64,000 nt of DNA from Promethearchaeia archaeon (GCA_029856045.1 JAHQWG010000047.1:128001-192000), one strand, 5' to 3'. Shown: positions 21,092 through 31,765, counted from the first letter of the stretch. Numbers and translations are program-made. The notes: generated from the sequence alone by a model not told the origin.

Positions 21092-22036
21092 ATGAATAGA
21101 AAAAATACTATTATTATTTTGTCAGTTTTTATTTTGATTGCCATTTTTATTGGATATGGCTTTTGGAATTATTTCCAATATCCTCAAGGCAATGAATTAT
21201 ATAAGGGTATGTTTATTTTTATAGTAAGTTCAATTTTTTTAATTATTTTTTTCAATTTAAGTTATAATAGTTATAAATATCTCTTCTTTGTATCTCTTGT
21301 TATAATTATTAGTTTATGGGCCTATAATTTCGTCATTTGTCGTTATTTCCTGATTTTTACGAAACTCGCTCAATTTCAATGGGGATTCATAAAAGTATTT
21401 ACCATGTGTTGCATTGCTCCTTTTTTTTCGGTTCAATCACTATATCTAATTACAAAATATGAACAAAAATTTGAAAGTAATGTTATAAAGGGGAAATATC
21501 ATATGCATGAAGGGTTCGCTGGTATAATTTTAATATTAATAGCGATTGGATTATGCTTAATACGGCTCACTTGGGTTCCTATAGAAAATAAAATACCTGG
21601 ATTATTCATAATTGGAACCTTTATTGTAATAATATTAACTTTACTCATAAATTTCGGTGGTTTTTTATTAGGAAGAGATTGGAAGGATGTTATTAGTTTA
21701 AAATTTTTTGCATTAAATTCTACTAAAAATGCAAATGGTAATGATAATGAATCAATAAGTGATGAAAAGAATAAGTTTTATACTAAAAAACCTTTAAATA
21801 CTTACCTTATAGGTATAATATTAACATCAACAGGTTTTTATTTTATCATTTTTACTACTGATATTTTTCCATATATTATTTTTTATATTCATTTTGAGGT
21901 TATAAGAATCATAGGTTGGTTTATATTATCAATTGGAGCAATATTAATTGGATATGATTGGGTTAGATTATTACAAAAATTTTTTCCAGATGATTATGGA
22001 AAATTAAATCAAAAATTAGAAAATAAAGTTAAATAA
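21092..22036 (+). CDS. Hypothetical polytopic membrane protein
   Basis: 314 aa, about 8 TM segments; HMHEG motif; internal repeat LLGRDW / LIGYDW. Confidence 0.7.
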   Translation: MNRKNTIIILSVFILIAIFIGYGFWNYFQYPQGNELYKGMFIFIVSSIFLIIFFNLSYNSYKYLFFVSLVIIISLWAYNFVICRYFLIFTKLAQFQWGFIKVFTMCCIAPFFSVQSLYLITKYEQKFESNVIKGKYHMHEGFAGIILILIAIGLCLIRLTWVPIENKIPGLFIIGTFIVIILTLLINFGGFLLGRDWKDVISLKFFALNSTKNANGNDNESISDEKNKFYTKKPLNTYLIGIILTSTGFYFIIFTTDIFPYIIFYIHFEVIRIIGWFILSIGAILIGYDWVRLLQKFFPDDYGKLNQKLENKVK

Positions 22037-22065
22037 AATACAAACGATTATAAAATTAGAAGAAA

Positions 22066-22545
22066 ATGATATCGAAAAATCAGTTAAACTTTTGTCCGAT
22101 TTGTAAAAAATATGTAGAAATTGGGAGAAGACCTTTTAATGATAATGTACTCATAATATGGACAATAATTTTAATTATTACATTAGGTTTAGCAACACCA
22201 GTGCTAATTTATCTATATTTTAGAAGAAAAAAGAATAGATGTAAAAAATGTAATAATATTGTTATTATCATCCCTCCAGGTCAAGATTTAACTAAAATTG
22301 TTGAATTACCGAAAAAAATGTATTCCATTCCCTCTGAAGAGGTCTATAAGGATACTTCAAAGTCAGAGATAGAGACCACTGAAAAATTATTAGAACCTGA
22401 ACAAGTTCAAGAAACTCCACAGATTAAAAATACTGTTATTTTTTATAGAAAGATTGCTTTTTGCCCATTCTGTGGTTCTAAAATTTCTGATGAGGGACAA
22501 AATTTATGTTCTAAATGTGGAGCCGACTTAAATGAAGGGGATTGA
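22066..22545 (+). CDS. LITAF-like zinc/membrane-hairpin protein with C-terminal zinc ribbon (paralog 1)
   Basis: CPIC-hydrophobic hairpin-NRCKKC, then CPFCG...CSKCG. Confidence 0.7.
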   Translation: MISKNQLNFCPICKKYVEIGRRPFNDNVLIIWTIILIITLGLATPVLIYLYFRRKKNRCKKCNNIVIIIPPGQDLTKIVELPKKMYSIPSEEVYKDTSKSEIETTEKLLEPEQVQETPQIKNTVIFYRKIAFCPFCGSKISDEGQNLCSKCGADLNEGD

Positions 22546-22630
22546 AAATGGACTAAAGTACCCTTAAATAGCTAAGTTGATATTTTAAAAATAAAGAATA
22601 TTAAAAATATAATATTGGGTGTAAAAAAAC

Positions 22631-23032
22631 ATTCCATATGGATATTGTCCAAACTGTCGTCAAAACGTGCTTCTTGTTCGCGAAGATATTGATTGGATGT
22701 TAGCATTTTTTCTAATTTGTTTCACTTGTGGTTGTGGACTATTTATATATCTCATAATTTATTATAGTAAACCAGAAAATAGATGTGTGCACTGTTATTC
22801 TATAGTTCCAGGTTTACAGCAACCTACTCAACCTTATGAGGTTCATCCTCCTTCTCAGAAAGTTTCTCAGCCCTATGAAGTTCAAACACCTCAAGAAGAT
22901 ATTTATGAAATATCACAAAATCAAAATATTACACCTGAAAAAGAGATTAGAACCAACTATTGTCCCTATTGTGGAGAGAAAATTGAGGAAAATGCACGTT
23001 TTTGTGCTGGTTGCGGTGCAAAAATTATTTAA
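22631..23032 (+). CDS. LITAF-like zinc/membrane-hairpin protein with C-terminal zinc ribbon (paralog 2), ATT start
   Basis: IPYGYCPNCRQNV lies in frame upstream of the track's GTG 22667; in-frame TAA at 22622; GGGTG at 22617-22621; NRCVHC; CPYCG...CAGCG. Confidence 0.72.
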   Translation: MPYGYCPNCRQNVLLVREDIDWMLAFFLICFTCGCGLFIYLIIYYSKPENRCVHCYSIVPGLQQPTQPYEVHPPSQKVSQPYEVQTPQEDIYEISQNQNITPEKEIRTNYCPYCGEKIEENARFCAGCGAKII

Positions 23033-23120
23033 TTTTATTATAATAATATAAAAATCATTATATGAAAAAATAATCCTAAAATCAAAAAAACACAAAAATT
23101 GAAGAAAAGAGGCTTTAAAA

Positions 23121-23495
23121 ATTACTTACGGATATTGTGATCAATGTAAGCAAAACGTGCTCCTTGCAAGAGAAGAGATTGACTTGTGTCTAGCAATAAT
23201 TTTATTAATTTTTACAGCTGGAATTGGACTAATAATTTATCTTATGATTTATTACTCACGAAGCGAGAATAGGTGCATTCACTGTAATTCAATTGTATCG
23301 TCACAATCACCTGGTTACATTCCTCAACCTAAATCTAGTCAATTACAAACCACTGAAGTGGAATATAATCAAGAAGATCAAAATCAAGTTGTTGCATCTC
23401 AAGAACCTGTAAAACAGGAATACTGTCAATTCTGTGGAGAAGAACTTGAAAAAGGCGCCCAATTTTGCAGGGAATGTGGCACTAAAGTTCCTTAA
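23121..23495 (+). CDS. LITAF-like zinc/membrane-hairpin protein with C-terminal zinc ribbon (paralog 3), ATT start
   Basis: ITYGYCDQCKQNV lies in frame upstream of GTG 23157; in-frame TGA at 23100; GAGG at 23109-23112; NRCIHC; CQFCG...CRECG. Confidence 0.72.
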   Translation: MTYGYCDQCKQNVLLAREEIDLCLAIILLIFTAGIGLIIYLMIYYSRSENRCIHCNSIVSSQSPGYIPQPKSSQLQTTEVEYNQEDQNQVVASQEPVKQEYCQFCGEELEKGAQFCRECGTKVP

Positions 23496-23630
23496 TTACT
23501 TTTTTTTAAAAAACTTTTATTAGATTAAAATTTAGTTTTAAATATATAAACAAAATAAGTCATAATAATACTTATCTTCTTGTTTGAATTCATATTTTTA
23601 ATATAGAATTTTAAGATATTTTGTTTAATT

Positions 23631-25013
23631 ATGAGTAATAAATCAAATGAAGAGATTTTTCCAATTTTTGAGGAAATTTCTAACAGTTTTAAACGTGAGA
23701 ATCAATATTTTGATATTTTATTTGATTCCATATCATCAGTGAGGATTAAAAAATCACTTAAAGAAGAAACTATTTCAATCAATACAAAAAAATCAGGAAT
23801 TGTTGCTCGAACATTCATAGGATCTTGGAAGGAATTTGCTACACAAGATGTCTCAGAATTAAAAAACATTGAAAAAAAATTACCAAAAGTTATCAATAAA
23901 GGGGAAGAAATAAATGAATTTGAAGCATGGAAGATAAATAAAGAAATAAAACCCAAGATTAATCCTTCTGACATTCCCATAGACGAAAAGATTCAAAAAA
24001 TAAGAGGTATTTTCAATTATTTAAGTAAATATGATGAAAGAATTATTAATCCAACAATTTTCTACTCAGAAAGTTTAATGACACGCATTTTTTTCAATAA
24101 TGAAGGATGTCAATTGCGGCAGGTGTTGCCTAGAATTAGAATTTTTATTCAACCTGTTGTAAAAGAAGGATCAACAATAGATTTCGATTATTTTTCTACT
24201 GGAGGCGAAAAGGGTTATGAGATAATCGAAGAAATACTTGATAATAAGTTAGAACAAATTGCTAAAAATTCTTTGGAAATGTTAAAGGCTGATACTCCTC
24301 CTTCAGGAAAATTTCCCATCATTTTAGATCCCGATATGGCTGGTCTAATAGCACATGAGAGTTTTGGACATGGATTGGAAGCGGATCAGATTTTAAGGGA
24401 TAGAAGTTATTTAAAAGATAAATTAAATAAAAAGGTTGCCTCTGAAATATGTGTAATATGTGACTCCCCAAATTTAAAAAATGAATTGGGATCCTATTTT
24501 TTTGATGATGAGGGAATTCCTGCTGGGAAAAACATTTTAGTTAAGGAGGGAATTTTAAAAAATTTTTTACACAATAGACACACCGCTTCATTGTTAAATG
24601 GTATTCCTAAAGGAAATGGAAGAAGAGAATCTTTTGCTCATCCTGTTTATGTTAGAATGACTAACACCTATTTTGAGCCAGGAGACTATAACCTTGATGA
24701 GATGATATCAGAAATTAAATATGGAGTAATCCCAACTCGAGGTTATTTTGGAATGGAAGATCCATTAGGTGGTGGGATGCAATGCTCATCTAAGAAAGGA
24801 TATTTGATTGAAAATGGCGAACGAACGAAATTACTTAAATCCATTACTTTAAGCGGTCCAGTTTTGGAATTATTACAAAATATTGATGCAATTAGTAATG
24901 ATAACTTAAATTTACATGGAGGAACTTGTGGGAAAGGTGTTGAAGACTTCATTCCGGTAACAACTGGGGGTAGTTTTATTAGAGTTAAAAATGCTTTAAT
25001 TAGTCCAGGGTGA
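23631..25013 (+). CDS. tldD: TldD-family metalloprotease
   Basis: AHESFGHGLEAD, FDDEG, GNGRRES, RMTNTY, GTCGK. Confidence 0.92.
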   Translation: MSNKSNEEIFPIFEEISNSFKRENQYFDILFDSISSVRIKKSLKEETISINTKKSGIVARTFIGSWKEFATQDVSELKNIEKKLPKVINKGEEINEFEAWKINKEIKPKINPSDIPIDEKIQKIRGIFNYLSKYDERIINPTIFYSESLMTRIFFNNEGCQLRQVLPRIRIFIQPVVKEGSTIDFDYFSTGGEKGYEIIEEILDNKLEQIAKNSLEMLKADTPPSGKFPIILDPDMAGLIAHESFGHGLEADQILRDRSYLKDKLNKKVASEICVICDSPNLKNELGSYFFDDEGIPAGKNILVKEGILKNFLHNRHTASLLNGIPKGNGRRESFAHPVYVRMTNTYFEPGDYNLDEMISEIKYGVIPTRGYFGMEDPLGGGMQCSSKKGYLIENGERTKLLKSITLSGPVLELLQNIDAISNDNLNLHGGTCGKGVEDFIPVTTGGSFIRVKNALISPG

Positions 25014-25020
25014 AAAAGAA

Positions 25021-26349
25021 ATGAATAATGAAAAAGTAGAATTAATTAGAAAAGCTCTTCAATCGAAAAATGTTGAGGAATATGAAATATATCTTGTTTC
25101 TCAACAAATTTATGAAACGCAATTTTTAAAAAATCAAATTGATTCTGAAAGAGAAATAAATGATTTAGAATATATAATTAGGATATTATCTCAGAGAAAT
25201 AATGAAACCGGAATTGGGATAGTTAAGGGAAATTCGATAGATCCTAAAGAAATTGAGAAATATATAAATACATGTTTATTATTGGCAAAAAATAACTCTA
25301 CTTCTAAATATAACTTTCCTGAAAAAAAATCAATTTCGCAGATTATTACAGCCGATCAGAAATTAATAAAAGATCCAATTAGAGCCAAAAAAGAGATTTG
25401 TGAAGAATTAATAACAGAAATCAATGAATATAAAGATGTAACACCTACTTTTGGTCGTTTTAGAATACATATCCAAAAAAGATTCTTAAATAATAGCAAT
25501 GGAATAGATTTAGATGATTTAAGAACTTTTTTTTACCTTGAATTTTCCTTGAAGGCACAAGAAAACGGAAAATTATCTGAAAGTTGGGAAAGTGAATATA
25601 TTAAAGAGAGAGAGCATCTAAATTTTAATGAACGAGTTGAAAAATGGGCTAGGATTGCTAAGGATACTTTAAAAGCACAACCTCCTAAATCAAATAAACA
25701 AGCCCTTGTTATTTTTACACCAAGCCTTTTAAAATATGCAATTAATCCCGTTGTTGGTTTTCATGCATTGGGAAGAGCATTTCACGAAAAAGTTTCTAAA
25801 TTTAATTTAAATGAGAAAGTTGCATCCGATAATTTCACTATTATTGACAACGGGTTACTTGAGGGAGGATTACTGACAAATTCTTGGGATGGAGAAGGAA
25901 ATGCTCAACAGAAAAACGAAATAATTGAGAATGGAATTTTTAAAAAACGCTTATTTGATCAAAAATATGCGATTTTAGGGAACACAATTTCAACTGGAAA
26001 TGGCATAAGGACAGAAAATGGTTCAATTACTAACGGGAACACAAATCTTCAAATTTTGCCGGGTGATATTTCTTTAGAGGAAATGATTTCAAATGTGAAA
26101 GAAGGTTATTATATTGAAAAATGTTCATGGCTAAATCCAGATGAATTTTCAGGTTCTTTTGGAGCAGAAATAAGAAATGGATATTTCATTAAAAATGGTA
26201 GATTCTCGAATCCAATAAAAGGTGGAAATGTTAGCGGAAATATCTTAGAAATGATAAAAAATTGTCAGTATATCTCAAAAGAAACTGAGTTTTCTTCAGA
26301 TTCACTTTTTCCATATATTGCATTTCCTAATCTGACAATCTCATTTTGA
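25021..26349 (+). CDS. pmbA: PmbA/TldE-family protein
   Basis: WDGEG, STGNG, FSGSFG, PIKGGNVSGN; lacks HExxxH; directly follows tldD. Confidence 0.88.
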   Translation: MNNEKVELIRKALQSKNVEEYEIYLVSQQIYETQFLKNQIDSEREINDLEYIIRILSQRNNETGIGIVKGNSIDPKEIEKYINTCLLLAKNNSTSKYNFPEKKSISQIITADQKLIKDPIRAKKEICEELITEINEYKDVTPTFGRFRIHIQKRFLNNSNGIDLDDLRTFFYLEFSLKAQENGKLSESWESEYIKEREHLNFNERVEKWARIAKDTLKAQPPKSNKQALVIFTPSLLKYAINPVVGFHALGRAFHEKVSKFNLNEKVASDNFTIIDNGLLEGGLLTNSWDGEGNAQQKNEIIENGIFKKRLFDQKYAILGNTISTGNGIRTENGSITNGNTNLQILPGDISLEEMISNVKEGYYIEKCSWLNPDEFSGSFGAEIRNGYFIKNGRFSNPIKGGNVSGNILEMIKNCQYISKETEFSSDSLFPYIAFPNLTISF

Positions 26350-26518
26350 AATTAAATTCGAATTGAAATTCTCTAAAAGATGTTAAGAAAATTAATATTT
26401 AAAAAAACGTTTTTTGTATTATAAAAATAATCTCTAATAGCGAGAAATTATATAAAAATTGTATATTTTTGTATAATCTCAAAACTCGATTATTAAATTA
26501 AAATAATTTTGATGGTAA

Positions 26519-27667
26519 ATGAAAGAATTATCCAAAAAGGTAAAATTAGCGCCTAAGTCCCAGATACGGGAATTGTTTGACATCGCAGCCGGCAGAAAAG
26601 ATGTCATTAGTTTGGGAATAGGGCAACCTGATTTTAGGACACCAGAACCAATTATCAAGGCAAATATAAAAGCATTAGAGGATGGAATCACAATGTATGC
26701 TCCTACTCGAGGGCAACCTGAGTTAATCGAATTAATTGCTAAAAAACTAAAAAGGGTAAATAATCTTGATGTTGGAACTGATAATGTAATTGTGACTAAT
26801 GGTGGATCTCAAGCAATCACCTTTTCATTTGCTTCTCTATTTAATCCTGGTGATGAATTAATTTTAAGCTCACCTAATTTCATTTCTTATTTCTATTGTG
26901 GAATATTTTACGGGATAAATGTTATAGAATCAAAAAGAAACAAAGATTTTAGTCCCAATATTGATAATATAAAGGATAAGATTACAGATAAAACAAAAGC
27001 GATTCTTATTAATTCTCCTAATAATCCAACTGGATACGTTTTGAATAAAAAAGAGATTGAAGATATTGCTGACATTGTTATTGAAAATGATCTTTATTTA
27101 ATCAGCGATGAAGCATATGAAAACTATCTTTATGATGATGCCATACACATTAGTCCTGCATCATTAAATGGAATGCAAGAAAGAACAATAACACTTAATG
27201 CCATGTCAAAATTATTTTCAGCAACAGGAATCCGTCTGGGGTATGTCGCAGCACCTACACATATTATAGACCTAATGGAAAAATATCAACAATATACTGT
27301 AGCTGGTACAAACCATGCCGCCCAATTCGGTTTTATCGCGGCTTTAAAAATGGATTCTCAATTCTTTGAAAAAATCTTAAAAGATTATAATGCTCGAAGA
27401 TTGTTTTGCTATAAAAGATTAAGCGAAATGGGGTTTGATGTGGTGAAACCGAAAGGTGCCTTTTATATTATGCCAGGTATCTCAAATTTTAAAATTTCTT
27501 CAGATGATTTCTCAAAGAAAATTATTGAAGAAAAAGGGGTGGCAATAGTTCCCGGTTCTATTTTTGGAAGCTTTTCCAATGATAAATTAAGGATATCTTA
27601 TGCTACTTCCATGAAAAATCTTAAAATCGCTATGGACAGAATCGAAGATTTCACCAAATCTTTTTAA
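26519..27667 (+). CDS. Aspartate aminotransferase-like, class I/II
   Basis: SLGIGQPDF, NSPNNPTG, SDEAYE, MSKLFSATGIRLGY, LRISYA. Confidence 0.92.
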   Translation: MKELSKKVKLAPKSQIRELFDIAAGRKDVISLGIGQPDFRTPEPIIKANIKALEDGITMYAPTRGQPELIELIAKKLKRVNNLDVGTDNVIVTNGGSQAITFSFASLFNPGDELILSSPNFISYFYCGIFYGINVIESKRNKDFSPNIDNIKDKITDKTKAILINSPNNPTGYVLNKKEIEDIADIVIENDLYLISDEAYENYLYDDAIHISPASLNGMQERTITLNAMSKLFSATGIRLGYVAAPTHIIDLMEKYQQYTVAGTNHAAQFGFIAALKMDSQFFEKILKDYNARRLFCYKRLSEMGFDVVKPKGAFYIMPGISNFKISSDDFSKKIIEEKGVAIVPGSIFGSFSNDKLRISYATSMKNLKIAMDRIEDFTKSF

Positions 27668-27915
27668 AAATTTTATGAAAAACGCTCTCAACTATTCAAT
27701 TATAGAGCAGACATCTATTATTTCTAAAAAATCATTCTTATTAGAATTTAAACTAGATTAATTTATTCGGTCTCATATAATTTGGCGGTTGATATCTTTA
27801 ATTTTTACCCTTATATTGACTATTTTTTAAATTATTTATTGCAATTGTGTTGTAAAAAACAGCATAACTCCTAGTTATTATCTTTTTTTCTCAAAAAGAT
27901 ATAAAATATTAAGCT

Positions 27916-28413
27916 TTATTCTTCCCTTAGTTGAAGCATAATATCAAATAGAAACTTCTTTTCGCTTTTCTTTACCATAACTGGATACCAATTAAGAAAC
28001 TCTTCAAAACCTAATTCAAAACCATATTCTCCTTTTGTTTCACCTATGTATTCATGTTCGCTTTCATTGACCCATTTCCATAAACTCGCCCATATTTCAC
28101 CTATTTCTTCTAACCCCTCACATCGAGCTACTGCATAAAGCCCCCCAGGTATTATACGAATAGAAATTCCTTTCTCATTCGTAATATCAGGTGTAATTGT
28201 TATAAAATAACCATATCCATGCGGTTCAGGTTTCTCTGTTGGATATGTATTTCGCCCAAAAATTCGAGTTTTGGAACCCTTATTTAATAACCCCTTCTCT
28301 TTTGCCCAGGTTTCCGTCTTTTTCCATGCATCATCTTCTGGCGTCTCTGAAAATGCGTGAAAATACGCAGCACGCATAGATTTAATCCTCTCAAGTCTAA
28401 TTTTTTCACTCAT
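27916..28413 (-). CDS. Stand-alone GyrI-like small-molecule-binding protein
   Basis: PEDDAW, RIFG, IPGGLYAVARC, IGEIWASLWKWV; ATG 28413 preferred to the track's TTG 28434. Confidence 0.8.
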   Translation of the reverse strand: MSEKIRLERIKSMRAAYFHAFSETPEDDAWKKTETWAKEKGLLNKGSKTRIFGRNTYPTEKPEPHGYGYFITITPDITNEKGISIRIIPGGLYAVARCEGLEEIGEIWASLWKWVNESEHEYIGETKGEYGFELGFEEFLNWYPVMVKKSEKKFLFDIMLQLREE

Positions 28414-28563
28414 AAGAATTGTAAAAAATTCCAAAATTATAATTTTTCTCTAATTCAATTTATTATAATTGGCAAGTGTTGCTTTTGTGGTGCAAAAAAC
28501 AACATAACTCGAATATATTTACTAGGAAAAAAAAATTGTGCTCTTTATTGGGAATATATATTT

Positions 28564-29745
28564 TTAAAGAATTGCGGTTTTTCTTTGGAATAATATTATT
28601 CCCAACAAAGTTGAAATTCCACCAAAACCTATTAAAACCAAAATATCTTGACCAATAGCATTCCATGTATTTATTCCTTCTACCATAACCATACGCATTG
28701 CGTGAGCTGCATATGAAGTTGGAACGAACTTCATAATTGGACTTTCAAAATAGAAGAACAGCCCACCTAAGAATTGAAAGGGAAGAATAATAAACCATGC
28801 TAATAATCCAGCAGTCTCTTCAGATTGAACAAGTGATGCTAAAAGTGTTCCAAATCCAAGACTAGTAAAAGCAAATAGCATAGGGATTAAGATCAATAGT
28901 AATATATTAGCATTTGGATGGAAGTAAGCACCAAAAATTAATAAACATATAAGTAAAATAATAGTTTGGAAAAACGCGACTATAAGCTGAGAAAACATAC
29001 CAGAAAATAAGATATAACTTCTAGGTACTGGAGTTGTACTTAATCTTCTTAGAGTTCCATTTTTTTTTTCTTCAGCAAAATGTAATGCTAATTGACTTAT
29101 ACATACAAGAACTCCAGAAATAACAAAACCTGGTGCTATTGAATCAAAATAAGTTATTTTTACCGTTTCTAATTCCATTTCACTATTTATTTTAGAGGGG
29201 TTTACACCATTATGATAAATAATAATATTATCAACAATCTGTTTTAGAATTGAATATATTACAGTCTCTGCAATTTGATCAGGAACTGTTGTAATATTAA
29301 TTTCAGGTTCCATTCCAAAATAGATCTTCTCTGTAAAATCATGTGGAATATAAACAATTGCATCAATTTTCTCATATTCTAAAAGTTCGATTGCTTCTTC
29401 TTCTGTAAAATTATCTTGAGTTCCTATTATATCTATAGAATTACTTAAATTCGTTTCTAAAATATCTATTAGAAGTAGTGAGTAATTAGCAGGATTTCCA
29501 GAGATTCCTGAATCTTCTATATCATAATTAAATAGTACAAGATTATAATCTGTTCTTGAAGAAGAGAAACCAAAAGCTAAAGAGAATATAATTATGAGTA
29601 ATAAAGGATATCCTATTAGCCATATTAATTGACCACGATCTCTAAACATTGTTTTAATGTTTTTAATCGTTAAATGATAGAGATTATAAACATTCTTATT
29701 TTTCCGTTTTTTCTTCTTCATATTAATAGAGTCAGAGTTTGTCAT
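28564..29745 (-). CDS. ABC-2 type exporter permease
   Basis: MFRDRGQLIW, EEKKNGTLRRLSTTP, FLGGLFF; six-TM pattern; 1-nt overlap with the ATPase gene. Confidence 0.9.
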   Translation of the reverse strand: MTNSDSINMKKKKRKNKNVYNLYHLTIKNIKTMFRDRGQLIWLIGYPLLLIIIFSLAFGFSSSRTDYNLVLFNYDIEDSGISGNPANYSLLLIDILETNLSNSIDIIGTQDNFTEEEAIELLEYEKIDAIVYIPHDFTEKIYFGMEPEINITTVPDQIAETVIYSILKQIVDNIIIYHNGVNPSKINSEMELETVKITYFDSIAPGFVISGVLVCISQLALHFAEEKKNGTLRRLSTTPVPRSYILFSGMFSQLIVAFFQTIILLICLLIFGAYFHPNANILLLILIPMLFAFTSLGFGTLLASLVQSEETAGLLAWFIILPFQFLGGLFFYFESPIMKFVPTSYAAHAMRMVMVEGINTWNAIGQDILVLIGFGGISTLLGIILFQRKTAIL

Positions 29746-30695
29746 TAATCTCTCAACCTCCGACCAGTTAGATCAATAAAAACATCTTCTAATGTATTCT
29801 CTCTTATCGAGATATCTAACATCTTTACTTTTACAGCATCCATTATCTTAGAAATATGTCTTAATGCATCTAATCCATTTAAAAGTATCCTTCTTTTTCC
29901 TATGGGTTTTACCCATTTAACAAAATTTAAGTCTTTTATTCTTGGGATTATTTTTTCTCTATTTATTGCTTCATCCACTTTAAATTCCACAATATCTCCT
30001 TCTCCTAATCTTCCCTTAAGATTGCTAGGGGTTCCCTGAGTAATTATTTTACCGTTATCTATGATAATTAACTCATCAGATAAATCATCAGCTTCTTCCA
30101 TATTATGAGTAGTTAAAATGATTGTTGATTTTTTCTTTTGAAAATCTTTAATAAAATCCCACACAACTCTGCGAGATTGAGGATCAAGTCCGGCCGTAGG
30201 TTCATCAAAAAAGATTAATTCCGGTTCATGTATTACTGCCATCAATACATTAACTCTACGTTTCATTCCTCCTGAATATGTCTTTACTAAAGAATTTACT
30301 CTATCTAAAAGATTCATCCTACCAAGAAGATCATCTGTTCTTTCTTTATAATCTGCTTTTTTTAATCCATGCATCTGCGCTATTAGGTGGATATTTTCAC
30401 GTGCTGTCAATCTTTCATAAAGAACTATATCTTGTGGACAGACTCCTATACATTCTTTAATTTTGTTAGATTCTTTTTTGAGGTCATATCCTAGAATATT
30501 TGCTTTCCCACTAGTAGGAGGGAGAACAGTACTCAACATAGATATTGTCGTTGTTTTCCCCGCACCATTAGGACCTAAAAATCCAAATAACGAGCCTTTC
30601 GGTACAGCTAAATCAATTCCATCTACAGCATGAATATCTCCAAAATATCTTTTCAGATTATTAGTTTCAATAGCCAAATCCATTTTTTGTATCAC
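29745..30695 (-). CDS. ABC exporter ATP-binding protein (DrrA-like)
   Basis: GPNGAGKTT, YSGGMKRR, FFDEPTAGLDP, LTTH; probable start ATG 30683. Confidence 0.93.
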   Translation of the reverse strand: MIQKMDLAIETNNLKRYFGDIHAVDGIDLAVPKGSLFGFLGPNGAGKTTTISMLSTVLPPTSGKANILGYDLKKESNKIKECIGVCPQDIVLYERLTARENIHLIAQMHGLKKADYKERTDDLLGRMNLLDRVNSLVKTYSGGMKRRVNVLMAVIHEPELIFFDEPTAGLDPQSRRVVWDFIKDFQKKKSTIILTTHNMEEADDLSDELIIIDNGKIITQGTPSNLKGRLGEGDIVEFKVDEAINREKIIPRIKDLNFVKWVKPIGKRRILLNGLDALRHISKIMDAVKVKMLDISIRENTLEDVFIDLTGRRLRD

Positions 30696-30894
30696 TTATA
30701 ATACTGTAAGTATCATAATATTGCATTTAAAATTGTTTTTAATATATTTAAAACAATTGTAGACCAATTTTTGAATAAAAGTTCTTAATAATTAATTTAA
30801 GAAATAAAAATGAGTAGCAAATACTATGAATTTGAATAATGATTTTAGAAATATCTTGTTCTTTTGTTATTCAAATTTAATATAATTATTATTA

Positions 30895-31464
30895 TTAATC
30901 TTTTTTTAATAATTCACCAAATTTATGGGCAAAATCTTTGATCTGTTCCCAATCTCGATAATCATGCATTTTGCCTTCAGGATTCTCAATTCCTTCCTCG
31001 TTCTTCATAATACCAATTACTATTTTTCGTGTTAAACCAGTTAAAGCAGACCCTTCAGTTAAATCATAAGCTCCTCCGAATGCATCAACTAAAGCGGGTT
31101 GTATTCCTAATTTCTGTAATTTTGAAGTTATATAATCATTTATCGCTTTACTTATATCGCTTTTTTTTGAGGCTACTCCACAGCATACGTAGAATCCCAA
31201 TGTACTTTGCCTTTTCTTTAGTTCTGTCTTTCTTTTTTGTACAAATTTCTTAACTACTTTTGTCCACCTTTTTATTTTAATTCCCGTACCTATTATTACC
31301 CCATCATACTCTTCTAATGGAGGAATTTCTTTTAGATTATATTCTTTTAAATTGTAACTTTCAGTAGATATTCCCTTTTCTTGAATTACTTTTTCAATTT
31401 CGTCCGATATTCCTTTAGTAGTGCCATATCTTGTTCCATATAAGATTAAAACTTTATTCATCAC
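30895..31464 (-). CDS. Flavodoxin-domain protein (HemG-like)
   Basis: YGTRYGTT, YDGVIIG, AFGGAYD, DYRDWEQI. Confidence 0.85.
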   Translation of the reverse strand: MMNKVLILYGTRYGTTKGISDEIEKVIQEKGISTESYNLKEYNLKEIPPLEEYDGVIIGTGIKIKRWTKVVKKFVQKRKTELKKRQSTLGFYVCCGVASKKSDISKAINDYITSKLQKLGIQPALVDAFGGAYDLTEGSALTGLTRKIVIGIMKNEEGIENPEGKMHDYRDWEQIKDFAHKFGELLKKD

Positions 31465-31765
31465 TTTTCATCATTTTTCTTTTGAAATTTAAAAGTTTTA
31501 ATTTTATTTAGTAAATTTTTAATAGTATTTAAACAAATAGAAGTCCATTTTTATCGAGTTATGAATCCTAAATTTGGTTCCGTATAATTATTGAGTTTCC
31601 ATTTAAACAAGAAAAAATAAACAGAAAAAGAGTGTTTGGTATTTTTTATAATTATATTCCAGAAGTTTATTTAAGCATAAATTAATTCTAATGGTACATA
31701 CTGTTGTAAGGGAGGAATAATTTCATATCTAAAATGATCATTTCCTGCTCATTATCAAATCATTC

